A stretch of 64,000 bases of DNA from Nitrosarchaeum sp. (GCA_965223865.1 OZ245020.1:928001-992000); one strand, 5' to 3'. Counted from the stretch's first letter, positions 42,963 to 53,183 are shown. Notes: a model not told the origin generated them from the sequence alone. A program made the numbers and translations.

Positions 42963-44522
42963 ATGAGCAATGAAAATAATTCCATTGGAAAATGGGATGT
43001 AATTAAACCACAATTCAAACATTTGCCTGTTCATTTAGCGCTACTTCATACAGGTGAAGTTTTGGGCTTTGGAGGTTCTGCAAATGAAAAAGAAATGGAA
43101 GGAAAATGGTACTTGCCAGAAATTTTTTCACCTGATTATTCTGATCATGATAATGGAACTATACAAGAAATATCTGATGCTGGAATAGAAGGAGATTTGT
43201 TTTGTGTTGGGCATGCGTATTTGCCTGATGGTAAGCTCTTTCTTGCTGGAGGTACTTACAAGTATGATGGTCTTTTTGGTTTAGAGTTTGCATTTCCTCC
43301 TTTCTCAGGATTGGAGCAATCCTACATTTTTGATCCACTAGATCATAGTTGGACAAGAATTCAAAACATGAAACATGGTCGGTGGTATCCTACATGTGTT
43401 ATGTTGGAGGATGGCAGCGTTGCAACATTTGCAGGACTTACAAAATGGCCACCATGGTTAATTCTAAACCATCATGAAATCTGTACCAAATCAGAAAACG
43501 AATATGTATGGAAACATATAGACGGTGCCAACAAATTTCTTCCACTGTATCCTAGGATTCATCTAATGCCTAACGGGGAGTTATTTTATTCTGGTTCATA
43601 TAATACTCATATGACATTTCCATTTACATTATATGGATTCAACATAGGAATATTCAAACCAGGACAAAAAGGATGGAAAAAAATTCCCAACCCAAAAAAT
43701 ATGCACAGACAAGAAGGATCTAGCGTATTACTTCCAGTTAATCCACCTTATGATAAATGGGAGATAATGCTTATGGGTGGTGGAGATACTGTTGGTAATC
43801 ACATCACCAAGAAAACCGAAATCATAAGATTTGATCAACAATCCCAAAAAATCCCAGTATTTGAAGAATACAAGGATATGATTCACAATAGATATTACAT
43901 TTATGCCGTTATTTTGCCTGATCAAAATATTCTTGTTGCAGGTGGAAAAAGAGGACATATAGGTCATCATCATGGCGATGAAGGATGTTTAGATGAATCT
44001 ACAGGAAATCCAAAACATACTGAAGATGCAGTTATGGAAGCAGAATTATTCATTACAAAAGAGGAACGCTGGAAAAAAGTTGCAACAATGTCCGTTGACC
44101 GATTATATCATTCTAATGCCATCTTACTACAAGATGGAAGTGTAATGACAGCTGGAAGCAATCCTGCTAGAAAATGTTTTGAAAAAAGAATTGAAATCTA
44201 TAAACCTCCATATTTCTTTAAAGGTACGCGCCCGAAAATTGTAAATACTTTATCTCAGATAAACTACGGAAAATTCTTTGATATTGAGACTTTGGATGCG
44301 GATTCTATAGAATCCGTTGCAATAATACGACCTTCCAATACAACTCATTGTCTTAATCCTGAACAAAGATATATCGGATTAAAATTTGAGGACAAGCATG
44401 ATGGTGTTTTATCGGTACAAGTTCCTGATAACAAAAGTTTAGCTCCTCCCGGTTATTACATGCTTTTCATATTGAATTCCAATGGAGTGCCTAACATTGC
44501 CCCCTTTGTGTTATTGTCTTAA
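42963..44522 (+). CDS. Galactose/glyoxal oxidase-like copper radical oxidase (AA5; Kelch propeller plus DUF1929)
   Basis: LFC, RWYP, RLYHS, TTH, APPGYYMLF. Confidence 0.88.
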   Translation: MSNENNSIGKWDVIKPQFKHLPVHLALLHTGEVLGFGGSANEKEMEGKWYLPEIFSPDYSDHDNGTIQEISDAGIEGDLFCVGHAYLPDGKLFLAGGTYKYDGLFGLEFAFPPFSGLEQSYIFDPLDHSWTRIQNMKHGRWYPTCVMLEDGSVATFAGLTKWPPWLILNHHEICTKSENEYVWKHIDGANKFLPLYPRIHLMPNGELFYSGSYNTHMTFPFTLYGFNIGIFKPGQKGWKKIPNPKNMHRQEGSSVLLPVNPPYDKWEIMLMGGGDTVGNHITKKTEIIRFDQQSQKIPVFEEYKDMIHNRYYIYAVILPDQNILVAGGKRGHIGHHHGDEGCLDESTGNPKHTEDAVMEAELFITKEERWKKVATMSVDRLYHSNAILLQDGSVMTAGSNPARKCFEKRIEIYKPPYFFKGTRPKIVNTLSQINYGKFFDIETLDADSIESVAIIRPSNTTHCLNPEQRYIGLKFEDKHDGVLSVQVPDNKSLAPPGYYMLFILNSNGVPNIAPFVLLS

Positions 44523-44786
44523 ACTAATGTTACTCAAATTTGAAGAGCCTATGGATCGTTTTTGTATTAGATATTACGTGATTAGTTCTAACTGGAAAAA
44601 ACTATGAGATTAGAAATTTTAGATTATAACCTATTGTATTGTTATGCCTAATTACTATTTTTGAGTCGATTTTGGCAATATTCATAAAATCCTCTATTCT
44701 GTTAGAGAAAATTTTAGATAACTGAATCTATTTTTGTGTGCGCTTTATGTCAAAAGTTGATACAGATCTGATATGCTTTTCTTGTT

Positions 44787-45074
44787 TTAGTCTGTATAGT
44801 TCCCATCTGCATCTAATTTTAGTTCAATATTCATTACAGTTCCACTGATAAAAGATTCATTTCTAATTGTTCTTACCTTTGCTACATCAAGATGATATGG
44901 CCAAATTTCCACCACGATGGCTCCTACTTTGACATTTTCTGGTGCATCAGTCAAAACAATATCTTCTTTTTTTACTCCATGAAGTTCTAACTGGTGAAGG
45001 GCATGCTCAACTAATGGTTCAGGGTTATTGTGATTAATTGCCCAAACAGTCCCCTCATACTCTATTTTTTCCAT
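44787..45074 (-). CDS. Conserved hypothetical protein
   Basis: 95 aa ORF with ATG start. Confidence 0.7.
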   Translation of the reverse strand: MEKIEYEGTVWAINHNNPEPLVEHALHQLELHGVKKEDIVLTDAPENVKVGAIVVEIWPYHLDVAKVRTIRNESFISGTVMNIELKLDADGNYTD

Positions 45075-45105
45075 TTGAATGAACCTAAATTATCTCATAT
45101 AACAA

Positions 45106-45339
45106 TTATTCGGGATTAATGACATTAAGTGTCATTGTGCTAACAACTCTTGATAATTTTCTAATCATACCAATTGCCTTTTCAAAACCATCCTGATCCT
45201 GAGTTTCAATCTCTGCAATTACGTCATAAGCTCCAAAAGTTAGATATGCATTTGTTACATCTGACATTTGTTTTAATTCTTCAACAATATATTCTTCAGC
45301 TCCGAGATCGCAATTTAATAAAATGAATCCTTTGTGCAT
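45106..45339 (-). CDS. Lrp/AsnC ligand-binding domain protein
   Basis: GFILLNCDLG..TFGAYDVI..STMTL. Confidence 0.85.
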   Translation of the reverse strand: MHKGFILLNCDLGAEEYIVEELKQMSDVTNAYLTFGAYDVIAEIETQDQDGFEKAIGMIRKLSRVVSTMTLNVINPE

Positions 45340-45389
45340 TACTTTATCTTGAAATTATTGATCTTTTACTCGTCTTTAAGTTTTGCACT

Positions 45390-46706
45390 TTACCATCTAC
45401 TGCGGCCACCGTAACTGTTTCTTCCACCCCGGTCTCCAAATCTTCGTCTACCGCCTCTTCTTTCATCTCTAGAATCTCTTCTATTTGATCTTCCATATCC
45501 GCCGCCATGTGAACCTCTGGAATACCCTGACCTTGATTGTGTGCCATATCTTCTAGTGGGTACTTCTCTTTTTAGTGGGTCTGGAATAGATATCTCTATT
45601 CCCATCTCTTTGTTCAAGTCAGTCAAGCTAACCTTAATTTGACGTTTGATTAGGTTCCAATCCCCTACTGATGAATATGATACAAAGGTAATTGCTCTAC
45701 CCTTTGCACCAGCTCTTGCAGTTCTCCCAATTCTATGGAAATATGCCATTTCTTGATTTGGTACATCATAGTTTATCACAAGTTCTACTCGTGGTACGTC
45801 AATCCCTCTTGATGCAACATCTGTTGCAACTAGAATGTCTGCCTTACCACTTCTGAATTTGGCCATTGATTGCTCTCTTCTATGTTGAGACATGTCACCC
45901 TCGATTGCTACTGCATCAAATTTCTCTTGATGAAGAAATTTTGCAACATCTCTTGTTCTGTATTTTGTAGAACAAAATACAATACATTGTCCCTTTGTTT
46001 GCTTGATAAAATCAATCAAGTACTTGAATTTGTCTCTGTCTTTAATTACTAAATAGGCTTGATCAATACCTTCACCACTAAGATCATCGGCATCAAGAAG
46101 AAATTGTTTTGGGTTTTTCAAGTATTCCTCAGATAGTCGTAGAATCTCAGTAGGCATTGTTGCTGAAAACAATGACATTACCCTTTCTTCTGGAGCTAAA
46201 TCTAAAATAAATTGAATATCATCAATAAAGCCCATATCAAGCATTGTATCTGCTTCATCCAAGACAATATGTGAAACGTCTTTAAGTTCAATTGATCCAC
46301 GTTTTAGATGATCGATTAATCTTCCAGGAGTTGCAACAACAATCTCTACTCCTCTTTCCAGAGCATCTAATTGCAAACCCATTCCTTGGCCTCCATAAAC
46401 AGTTGCTACTTTAATTCCTGTATATTTTCCAAATTTTTTGATTTCTTCTGTAATCTGCATTGCAAGCTCTCTTGTTGGAGCCATCACTAATCCTTGAATT
46501 CCTTTTTTTGGTTGAATCTCTTGTAGCATTGATAATGAAAAAGCAGCTGTTTTTCCTGAACCTGTATGTGCTTGACCAACAACGTCTCTTCCTGTAAGTA
46601 AAACAGGAATTACTGCCTCTTGAATTGGAAATGCTTCATTGAAACCTAAATCCTCTATTCCTTTTAGTATTTCTTCACTTAATTCTAAATCCTGAAATTT
46701 TTTCAT
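45390..46706 (-). CDS. DEAD-box RNA helicase
   Basis: Q motif, AHTGSGKT, PTRELA, DEAD, SAT, HRIGRTAR; RG-rich tail. Confidence 0.96.
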   Translation of the reverse strand: MKKFQDLELSEEILKGIEDLGFNEAFPIQEAVIPVLLTGRDVVGQAHTGSGKTAAFSLSMLQEIQPKKGIQGLVMAPTRELAMQITEEIKKFGKYTGIKVATVYGGQGMGLQLDALERGVEIVVATPGRLIDHLKRGSIELKDVSHIVLDEADTMLDMGFIDDIQFILDLAPEERVMSLFSATMPTEILRLSEEYLKNPKQFLLDADDLSGEGIDQAYLVIKDRDKFKYLIDFIKQTKGQCIVFCSTKYRTRDVAKFLHQEKFDAVAIEGDMSQHRREQSMAKFRSGKADILVATDVASRGIDVPRVELVINYDVPNQEMAYFHRIGRTARAGAKGRAITFVSYSSVGDWNLIKRQIKVSLTDLNKEMGIEISIPDPLKREVPTRRYGTQSRSGYSRGSHGGGYGRSNRRDSRDERRGGRRRFGDRGGRNSYGGRSRW

Positions 46707-46726
46707 TTTGTATTCTTCTCTAAAGC

Positions 46727-46759
46727 AATGACGAAAAAGCTCACTGCTTACTCGTCATT
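46727..46759 (-). promoter_or_regulatory. Stem-loop in putative 5' leader of the DEAD-box helicase
   Basis: Minus strand AAUGACGAG-U-AAGC-AGUGA-GCUU-U-UUCGUCAUU. Confidence 0.5.
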
Positions 46760-46811
46760 ATTCCTATGAATTTTAAACCCAGTTTAGGTCTAATAAACGC
46801 TTGTTATTTTT

Positions 46812-47636
46812 TTATGTGTTTAATTGTGAATCGATTATTTTTTTGAAGCTCTCAAAAGGTTGAGCTCCTTTTAGTTCGACAAATCCTACATCATCATTTC
46901 CAACAAAAAATCCAGGAGTACCAGTAATCCCGTATTCTCTTCCGTCATTAAGATCATTTCTTATCTCATCGACATATTTTCCACTAGTTAGGCATGCCTC
47001 AAACTGTTCCTTGTCTAATCCTATTTCTATTGAATACTGGCTAAATATTCCAATAGCTTTAGTGGTTTCTACTTTTGCCCATTGATTTTGATTCTCAAAT
47101 AATTTATCATGATACTTCCAGTATTTTCCTTGCTCATTAGCACACTCTGCTGCTACAGCTGCAGGCATGGCATTTGGATGAATATTTTGAATAGGAAAGT
47201 CTCTATACACCAGTTTTACTTTACCTGAATCGATATAATTTTCTAAAAGAAGTGGTAATGTTTGAACATGAAATCTTGCACAGAAGGGGCATTGAAAGTC
47301 TGAAAACTCTATGATTGTGATTGGTGCTTCTTGATTTCCTCTTACTGGATCGTCATCTGCTGAAATTTTGACTGGTGGCTTTGCTTGATTTGTTGGTAGT
47401 TGATTTTGAAGAATTCTTAGTTCTAATTTTGTTATTGCATCATCAAGATCTTTTTGAGTGATTTGGTCAGAGTTTAGACTTGTGATGTAGGAACCTGCAA
47501 AAAATGCTGCAATCCCAATAGCTACTATCAACCCTACAACTAACCCGTTAAAATTGGATTTTTTCTCAGAAATTTTACTTTTTGAATTGTTTAGAGTAGG
47601 TACATCTTCATTTGGTTCCAATTTGTTATGAATCAT
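46812..47636 (-). CDS. DsbA-family thiol-disulfide oxidoreductase
   Basis: TM anchor; EFSDFQCPFC; GTPGF; GAQP. Confidence 0.9.
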   Translation of the reverse strand: MIHNKLEPNEDVPTLNNSKSKISEKKSNFNGLVVGLIVAIGIAAFFAGSYITSLNSDQITQKDLDDAITKLELRILQNQLPTNQAKPPVKISADDDPVRGNQEAPITIIEFSDFQCPFCARFHVQTLPLLLENYIDSGKVKLVYRDFPIQNIHPNAMPAAVAAECANEQGKYWKYHDKLFENQNQWAKVETTKAIGIFSQYSIEIGLDKEQFEACLTSGKYVDEIRNDLNDGREYGITGTPGFFVGNDDVGFVELKGAQPFESFKKIIDSQLNT

Positions 47637-47767
47637 ACATTTGGCTACTTATTCGTATTGCCTCATTGGAAGGATTATAAAATATGATGAAAACTAAAAT
47701 AATGAAATCTTGGAATCAGTTTCATACTTGAATTATCTGAAATATTACTTGTTGCTAAAGCCATAAA

Positions 47768-48358
47768 TCAATTATTTTGAAATTCATTTACTTTACTTTG
47801 GATTTCGTCATAAATGGAAATTTGTTTTGTGGCTTCAAATGGAACGGGAGCACTTAATCCTGACAATTGAAAATATGCAGTTCCTTTCACTTTAAGATCA
47901 ATTATTCCTTCTGTGTTGATTATTGAATTAATTGTGGGTAATAAACTACTTTTTTGAATGTTTTGTAAAGATGCAATTTTTATTGTTTGTCCCGGATTTA
48001 TTGTAATGTTGATTTTACTATTTCCGCTTCCAATCAAAACATCATTAATTGAAAGTTCATAGGATATATCAGGAATGTATATTGGAACAAAACCATTATT
48101 GCTTAGTTCAAATATCAAATTCAAATTTATCCCTTGAATCAAATCAAATGCTGCCTCTAACCAGTTACCTGATAATGTGTTTAGGCCTAAATTTAGAAGA
48201 GTGGACAAAGATAATTCTACCAAATCAATACTTTCAAGATTTACGTCATTTAGACTAATACTAAGTTGACTGTAAGAATACGCAAATAATCCTACAGAAA
48301 TTAATCCTATAATTACAATAGATAAGCCGATACCAATTGTCTTTCTCATAATTTTCAA
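47768..48358 (-). CDS. LEA type 2 / WHy-domain protein
   Basis: TM anchor; N..VPI..ISYELSIN..IGSG pattern. Confidence 0.65.
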   Translation of the reverse strand: MKIMRKTIGIGLSIVIIGLISVGLFAYSYSQLSISLNDVNLESIDLVELSLSTLLNLGLNTLSGNWLEAAFDLIQGINLNLIFELSNNGFVPIYIPDISYELSINDVLIGSGNSKINITINPGQTIKIASLQNIQKSSLLPTINSIINTEGIIDLKVKGTAYFQLSGLSAPVPFEATKQISIYDEIQSKVNEFQNN

Positions 48359-48481
48359 AAATTAACATTGACTTAAGAATTTCTCAATTATCTAGAGTTT
48401 TTTTAGGTATAATTCTGCATTTTATTGACTTGTAAAAACACATGTCCGCCATAAATAAATGAAATCTCTGTCTAGGTTTAA

Positions 48482-49549
48482 CTACTTGAGTTTGTATCGA
48501 AGTAGTGCAACTACATGATCATATTTTTCTAACCCTCTTGTAAGTTTAGGATTGGTTACAAATTCTATTTTAGATGAAGTATTTTCAGCCATCTCTATAA
48601 TTTTTATTATTTTTTTACTCATTGAAGATGATTGATGATAATTTGCAGAAATTAATAAAGTATCTACTGCTCCTATCTCTAATGCCTTTTGAATTTCAGA
48701 ATTTTTTTTTGTGATAAGGCCTTCTTTTACAAGCCTTTCAAATTTTGAAACCGTTTCAAGTACCTGTTTTCTTCTATAATCATACAGGTGTTTGATGATT
48801 TTTTTATTTATGACATCAACTGATGTGTTAAAAGAAATATTTTGAATAAATCTGCATTTCTTTTTTAATTCTGAGTTTAATTCGTCGTGAAATTCAGTTT
48901 TTGCAGTTCCACTTCCTCCTAGAAATAAAATATCTATATTGTTCGAATCAATCTTGTCTATTTTCTTTGCAATTTTTTTGAAAAACCCTTGAATGTATGT
49001 TTGTCTTGCTCTCAAGAACCTTTTCTGACTTTGTCCCCCTTTTTTGTGTCTGCCCTGCAAGTTAATGCTAAGACGTTGTTCAGAAAGAACTTTGTCTCCT
49101 TGTAGCAATCGAATTTTAGCTGTTTTGTGATCAAGTATTACTAATATGATTTGATAATTGGACTTTAAAACATCATAAAATGGTTTTAGATATGGCTTTT
49201 TACTTGCTAGATAGATGTATGGTAGTTTCTTTGATACTGTGATATTTTTTATTATGGTTCTTCCATTCGACTCCCATCCAAAAACACAATATGTTTTGAA
49301 AGCCAGCTTTTTTGAGTTTATGTTCTTGCTTAAACTGGTAATTCTTTTTTCTATTGCTGATTCAATTTCTTCAGTTTTACTATCTCTTTTTGTTTCTCTC
49401 AAAAGATTTATTGTTTCAGAAATTTTGTCACGTGAATAGTATACTGAAACACATGGCTTGTTTTGGAATTGTAATTCTGACACAAATCGATTTATAGAGT
49501 ACCATTCTGATGGAGTAATTTCAGTTGGATTGAAAATTTTTATTGACAT
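48482..49549 (-). CDS. eRF1-like peptidyl-tRNA hydrolase paralog (baeRF/Vms1-type)
   Basis: HKKGGQSQKRF; C-domain ALEIGAVDTLLI..ALLRY. Confidence 0.82.
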   Translation of the reverse strand: MSIKIFNPTEITPSEWYSINRFVSELQFQNKPCVSVYYSRDKISETINLLRETKRDSKTEEIESAIEKRITSLSKNINSKKLAFKTYCVFGWESNGRTIIKNITVSKKLPYIYLASKKPYLKPFYDVLKSNYQIILVILDHKTAKIRLLQGDKVLSEQRLSINLQGRHKKGGQSQKRFLRARQTYIQGFFKKIAKKIDKIDSNNIDILFLGGSGTAKTEFHDELNSELKKKCRFIQNISFNTSVDVINKKIIKHLYDYRRKQVLETVSKFERLVKEGLITKKNSEIQKALEIGAVDTLLISANYHQSSSMSKKIIKIIEMAENTSSKIEFVTNPKLTRGLEKYDHVVALLRYKLK

Positions 49550-49837
49550 GAGTTTTGTTTCAATAAATTAATCATTTGATGCTATAACTAAGGTTTTCTT
49601 TTCTTTTTTTTAAACTAAAATTCCCATACTAATTAGTTTATTAAAAATTTAGTTTTACTATTTCATAGTAGAAAATTTGAACAAATTATTATGTCTATTT
49701 TTATGATTTTATTTGTAGGAATTATAGAATTTAATTTAGTAAATTACAACACTAACTGCTACAGAATTTAGAAAGCGTATAGAAAACAGTAATCCTCAAT
49801 ATGATAAAATAAAATCATTTACGAATACAAAAGGTGA

Positions 49838-49912
49838 AGCCAATGGCGGGATCTGAACCCACGACCTTTCGCTTACAAGGCGAATGCTCTAGCCAGGCTG
49901 AGCTACATTGGC
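49838..49912 (-). tRNA. tRNA-Thr(UGU)
   Basis: GCCAATG acceptor stem; anticodon arm TTCGC-CTTGTAA-GCGAA; T arm GTGGG-TTCAGAT-CCCGC; no intron and no encoded CCA. Confidence 0.95.
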
Positions 49913-50047
49913 ACGAAATAAAATGAAATTTTTGAAGGTTTAAAGTGTTACCAGATTGTAATTTTAAAAATAAATTGTAAAATTTACCTTTTCACAAGCA
50001 CTAAAATTATCCTTCAATTTATAATGTCAAATCATAAATCATTCATA

Positions 50048-50275
50048 ATGAGATACATCAATCCTTTTAGAGTTAAAGTTTTGATGATAATGTTTTTTGG
50101 AACTGGAATAGCTGGAATGCTTGTAGGATTATATGTTGCACCTCCTTCTCAAACTATTTTGATTACGTTTATGGGTGTGGTGAATTTTGGATTGGGCGCA
50201 TTTTTCACCTATGTCCTTCTTACTCAAAAGAAAAAATTACCTGATAAAAGAAAGAAAAAGCGTAAGCACGACTAA
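50048..50275 (+). CDS. Small two-TM membrane protein
   Basis: Two TM helices and a basic tail (PDKRKKKRK). Confidence 0.7.
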   Translation: MRYINPFRVKVLMIMFFGTGIAGMLVGLYVAPPSQTILITFMGVVNFGLGAFFTYVLLTQKKKLPDKRKKKRKHD

Positions 50276-50785
50276 AATATTTGTGGCAAAGTGCATCGCA
50301 TAGGAATGATTAATTCCTTTCTTATCGTATATGTATTTGAACAAAAATCCTATTGGTAGTAAAATGATTGCCATGTGGACCTTTACTCCCATTGCAATAT
50401 GTACAAAGGCCCAAACTATTACCATCTTTTTTGATTTTCGAAAATACATTTCTTCAACGTAGTTTATGTGAATAAACATGTATAGCAATAAAGGAACAAA
50501 TGGAATAATTCCCCATAATCCTTCGTCTGCAAATGGACCAAAAGCAATATTGTATCCTAACCAACTCCAATTTAGAATTGGAATGGTCTCCACAAAATCA
50601 TAGGCAAAAACAACATATGCAAATAATATTCCAAAAGCAAAAGGTGCATATTTCATCGAATTGATGCCAACTTTAAGATTAGAAATTCTCTTTTTGGTTT
50701 CTTTGATTAAAAGAAGAGATGCTCCTACAGTCAAAACATAGTACCCTATTACAAACCCGTCTGACTGAAAAAATTCTTCTAACAC
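50237..50785 (-). CDS. Membrane protein, CPBP/CAAX protease-like
   Basis: EEMYFR, WAFVH, HFATN resemble EExxxR / FxxxH / HxxxN. Confidence 0.6.
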   Translation of the reverse strand: MLEEFFQSDGFVIGYYVLTVGASLLLIKETKKRISNLKVGINSMKYAPFAFGILFAYVVFAYDFVETIPILNWSWLGYNIAFGPFADEGLWGIIPFVPLLLYMFIHINYVEEMYFRKSKKMVIVWAFVHIAMGVKVHMAIILLPIGFLFKYIYDKKGINHSYAMHFATNILVVLTLFLSFIR

Positions 50786-50923
50786 ATTTTAAGCCTTACA
50801 ACATTGTACTAAAGTCTAACGAACAAACTGATTCTAGAATTCTTATTTCTGAGATCTCTGATTTATTTTTTGAAATCTTTTCAATTAAAGTATAAATAAT
50901 AAATCCATTTTCATCAAAAAAGA

Positions 50924-51475
50924 TTGCTTGATTTAGTTGCAAAAAAATTATTTCTTACAAAAGGAAAAGGAATTCATGAAGACAGACTAACAAGCTTTGA
51001 ATATGCACTTAGGGATGCTGGAATTGCAGGAACCAACCTTGTGTTGATTTCCAGTATATTTCCACCAAATGCCAAACTAATTTCTCGCAATGAAGGATTA
51101 AAACAAATTAAACCTGGACAAATTCTATTTACTATTTATTCAAAGAATCAAACTAATGAACCACATAGATTGTGTTCAGCCTCAGTTGGAATCGCTAGGC
51201 CAAAAGATACTAACCGTTATGGCTATCTCTCCGAATACGAATCATTTGGTCAAAATGAAAGACAATCAGGTGATTATGCTGAAGATATTGCAGCACAAAT
51301 GCTTGCTTCTTCTTTGGGAATCCCTTTTGATATTGATAAGAGCTGGGATGAGAAAAGACAGCAATGGACTATTTCAGGACAAATTTACAAGACACAAAAC
51401 ATTACACAATCTACAAAAGGTGATAGAGATGGTAAATGGACAACTGTCTTTGCTGCTGCTGTTCTTTTACTGTGA
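50924..51475 (+). CDS. pdaD: Pyruvoyl-dependent arginine decarboxylase
   Basis: SFEYALRDAGI, NLVLISSIFPP cleavage site, GYLSE. Confidence 0.92.
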   Translation: MLDLVAKKLFLTKGKGIHEDRLTSFEYALRDAGIAGTNLVLISSIFPPNAKLISRNEGLKQIKPGQILFTIYSKNQTNEPHRLCSASVGIARPKDTNRYGYLSEYESFGQNERQSGDYAEDIAAQMLASSLGIPFDIDKSWDEKRQQWTISGQIYKTQNITQSTKGDRDGKWTTVFAAAVLLL

Positions 51476-51476
51476 T

Positions 51477-52634
51477 CTATCTTTTGTAACCTTTTAGGTA
51501 AAATATTGCAGTAGCTATCGCTACAATAGTTATTATTGCAACCACTCCTATTGACTCATCAATAGAAGGTTCGCTACTTTCTGGAGGTTTGATTCGACTA
51601 TCGCCTAATGAAAAAATTAGTTCATCTGCTTTTACTGATATTGCATCACCAAAAATATACATTCCCTGCAATTTAGTTCCTTTCTCGGGATCAAAAACCC
51701 AACCAGGCTTTGTTATTTCTGTTGGAATTTTTTCTTCATCAACTAACTGAGTTGGAATGATATTTCCTTTGACATTTGATACTTTGGTTTCTTCAGGAGA
51801 TAAGACTACTACTTGTAAAATCGAATTCAGAGGATAAAATCCTTCCAAGAAATATTCTGATCTTTTTAACTCATCAGTTTTTAAAAATTTTAATGGATTA
51901 ACTTGATTGATTGCTGCAGCTTCTTGCGGATAATCTACTGATAGTTTCAATTGAAGTAATGATTTGTTTTCTGAAGGAATTATAGAAAATGTTGTTTTTG
52001 AATTCTCTTGAGTGGAAAGATTTTGTGCAACATCATAAAATCCTCCTGAATCTCTGATTACTTTGGGAATTAAGATGGCTGAAATTTTTTCGTACATTGA
52101 AGCGGTGTCTTCCATAGGCATGGTATATACTGCTGAAATCACTCCACTACCTGATATCACTCCTGATGTGTCTAATGCACGATTTGTTTCATCGTCTGTG
52201 TTGATAAATGTAGAATGGAGTTCAGCTTTTGTGTCAAATAGATCATTTATCTCATCAATGAATTGTTCTGATACTCTAAGGGTTGAATTTTGAATTTCAG
52301 GAAAATTACTGTCTGCTTGATCTCTTTTTACATTAATCAAAATACATGACTCATTCTCAACCCCTAAAATACATCTATTTTGATTTGTCAAAATTACTGC
52401 CAAAATACTATCATTTTCTCTTATTTTTTGTTCCAACTCTGTTGGAATTTTTATTTCTTGAATATTCGTTGTCTGCAAAGTTATTGAAGCAGTAACATTT
52501 TGAGAGATACTTTTATCAATTAATACTTGAGCCGTCTCTTGAAAAGTAGCTAGTTTCATTTCTTGAGAAAATGCACTGCTGGTAGAAAAGATCATTAACA
52601 CTGAAATAATAAAGAAAATGAATATTTTTTTCAT
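51477..52634 (-). CDS. Secreted/membrane-anchored hypothetical protein
   Basis: Signal peptide from ATG 52634; C-terminal TM and FYLKGYKR. Confidence 0.75.
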   Translation of the reverse strand: MKKIFIFFIISVLMIFSTSSAFSQEMKLATFQETAQVLIDKSISQNVTASITLQTTNIQEIKIPTELEQKIRENDSILAVILTNQNRCILGVENESCILINVKRDQADSNFPEIQNSTLRVSEQFIDEINDLFDTKAELHSTFINTDDETNRALDTSGVISGSGVISAVYTMPMEDTASMYEKISAILIPKVIRDSGGFYDVAQNLSTQENSKTTFSIIPSENKSLLQLKLSVDYPQEAAAINQVNPLKFLKTDELKRSEYFLEGFYPLNSILQVVVLSPEETKVSNVKGNIIPTQLVDEEKIPTEITKPGWVFDPEKGTKLQGMYIFGDAISVKADELIFSLGDSRIKPPESSEPSIDESIGVVAIITIVAIATAIFYLKGYKR

Positions 52635-52885
52635 ATTTTGTTCCCTTTTGATGAAATTATTAAATTTACTTACTATTGGTATTTTTTTTGAATAGTGATC
52701 TCCAAAAATAAGAAAAAAGGTTAGTAACCATGACATTTTAGATTCATTGATAACTAGATTTAATCTAATTCTTAAAATCTAGTAAAAAACGAACCTTTTT
52801 TGTTCATCTGAACCTTTTATTCAATTACTATCTTTGTTAACAAAGTTAACACGGAGCATAAATCTCATTATTCGCAATATGAATC

Positions 52886-53065
52886 ATGAAAACAAATGAA
52901 AAATCAGATGAGGACTATAAAGAATGTCCTTACTGTGGGCAAAATCAAATTCCATTTAAAATGGGAGTTTGTATATGTGGGCGACAAGTAGGAAACATAC
53001 AGTACATAAGAAATACTGAAAGCTTTGCAAAAAACTACTACACATATCAGGGATTAATAGTATAA
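52886..53065 (+). CDS. Zn-ribbon microprotein (59 aa), not in ORF track
   Basis: MKTNEKSDEDYKECPYCGQNQIPFKMGVCICGRQVGNIQYIRNTESFAKNYYTYQGLIV. Confidence 0.68.
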   Translation: MKTNEKSDEDYKECPYCGQNQIPFKMGVCICGRQVGNIQYIRNTESFAKNYYTYQGLIV

Positions 53066-53183
53066 TTCATTTTGAATTGGCTATCTGTGATTCATCTTAA
53101 TGAGTTCCACATTTATGGCATCTTATCTTGTACTTACAATTTGGTAAAAATGGATGAATGGATAAAGCCAGAAAATAACAATA

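Noticed and set aside
45344-45547. Acidic 67-aa ORF overlapping the helicase 3' end
   Set aside because: Alternative reading of the RG-rich tail codons
49550-49837. Integrated element at the tRNA-Thr 3' end
   Set aside because: No integrase and no duplicated tRNA-Thr 3' sequence noticed in the window
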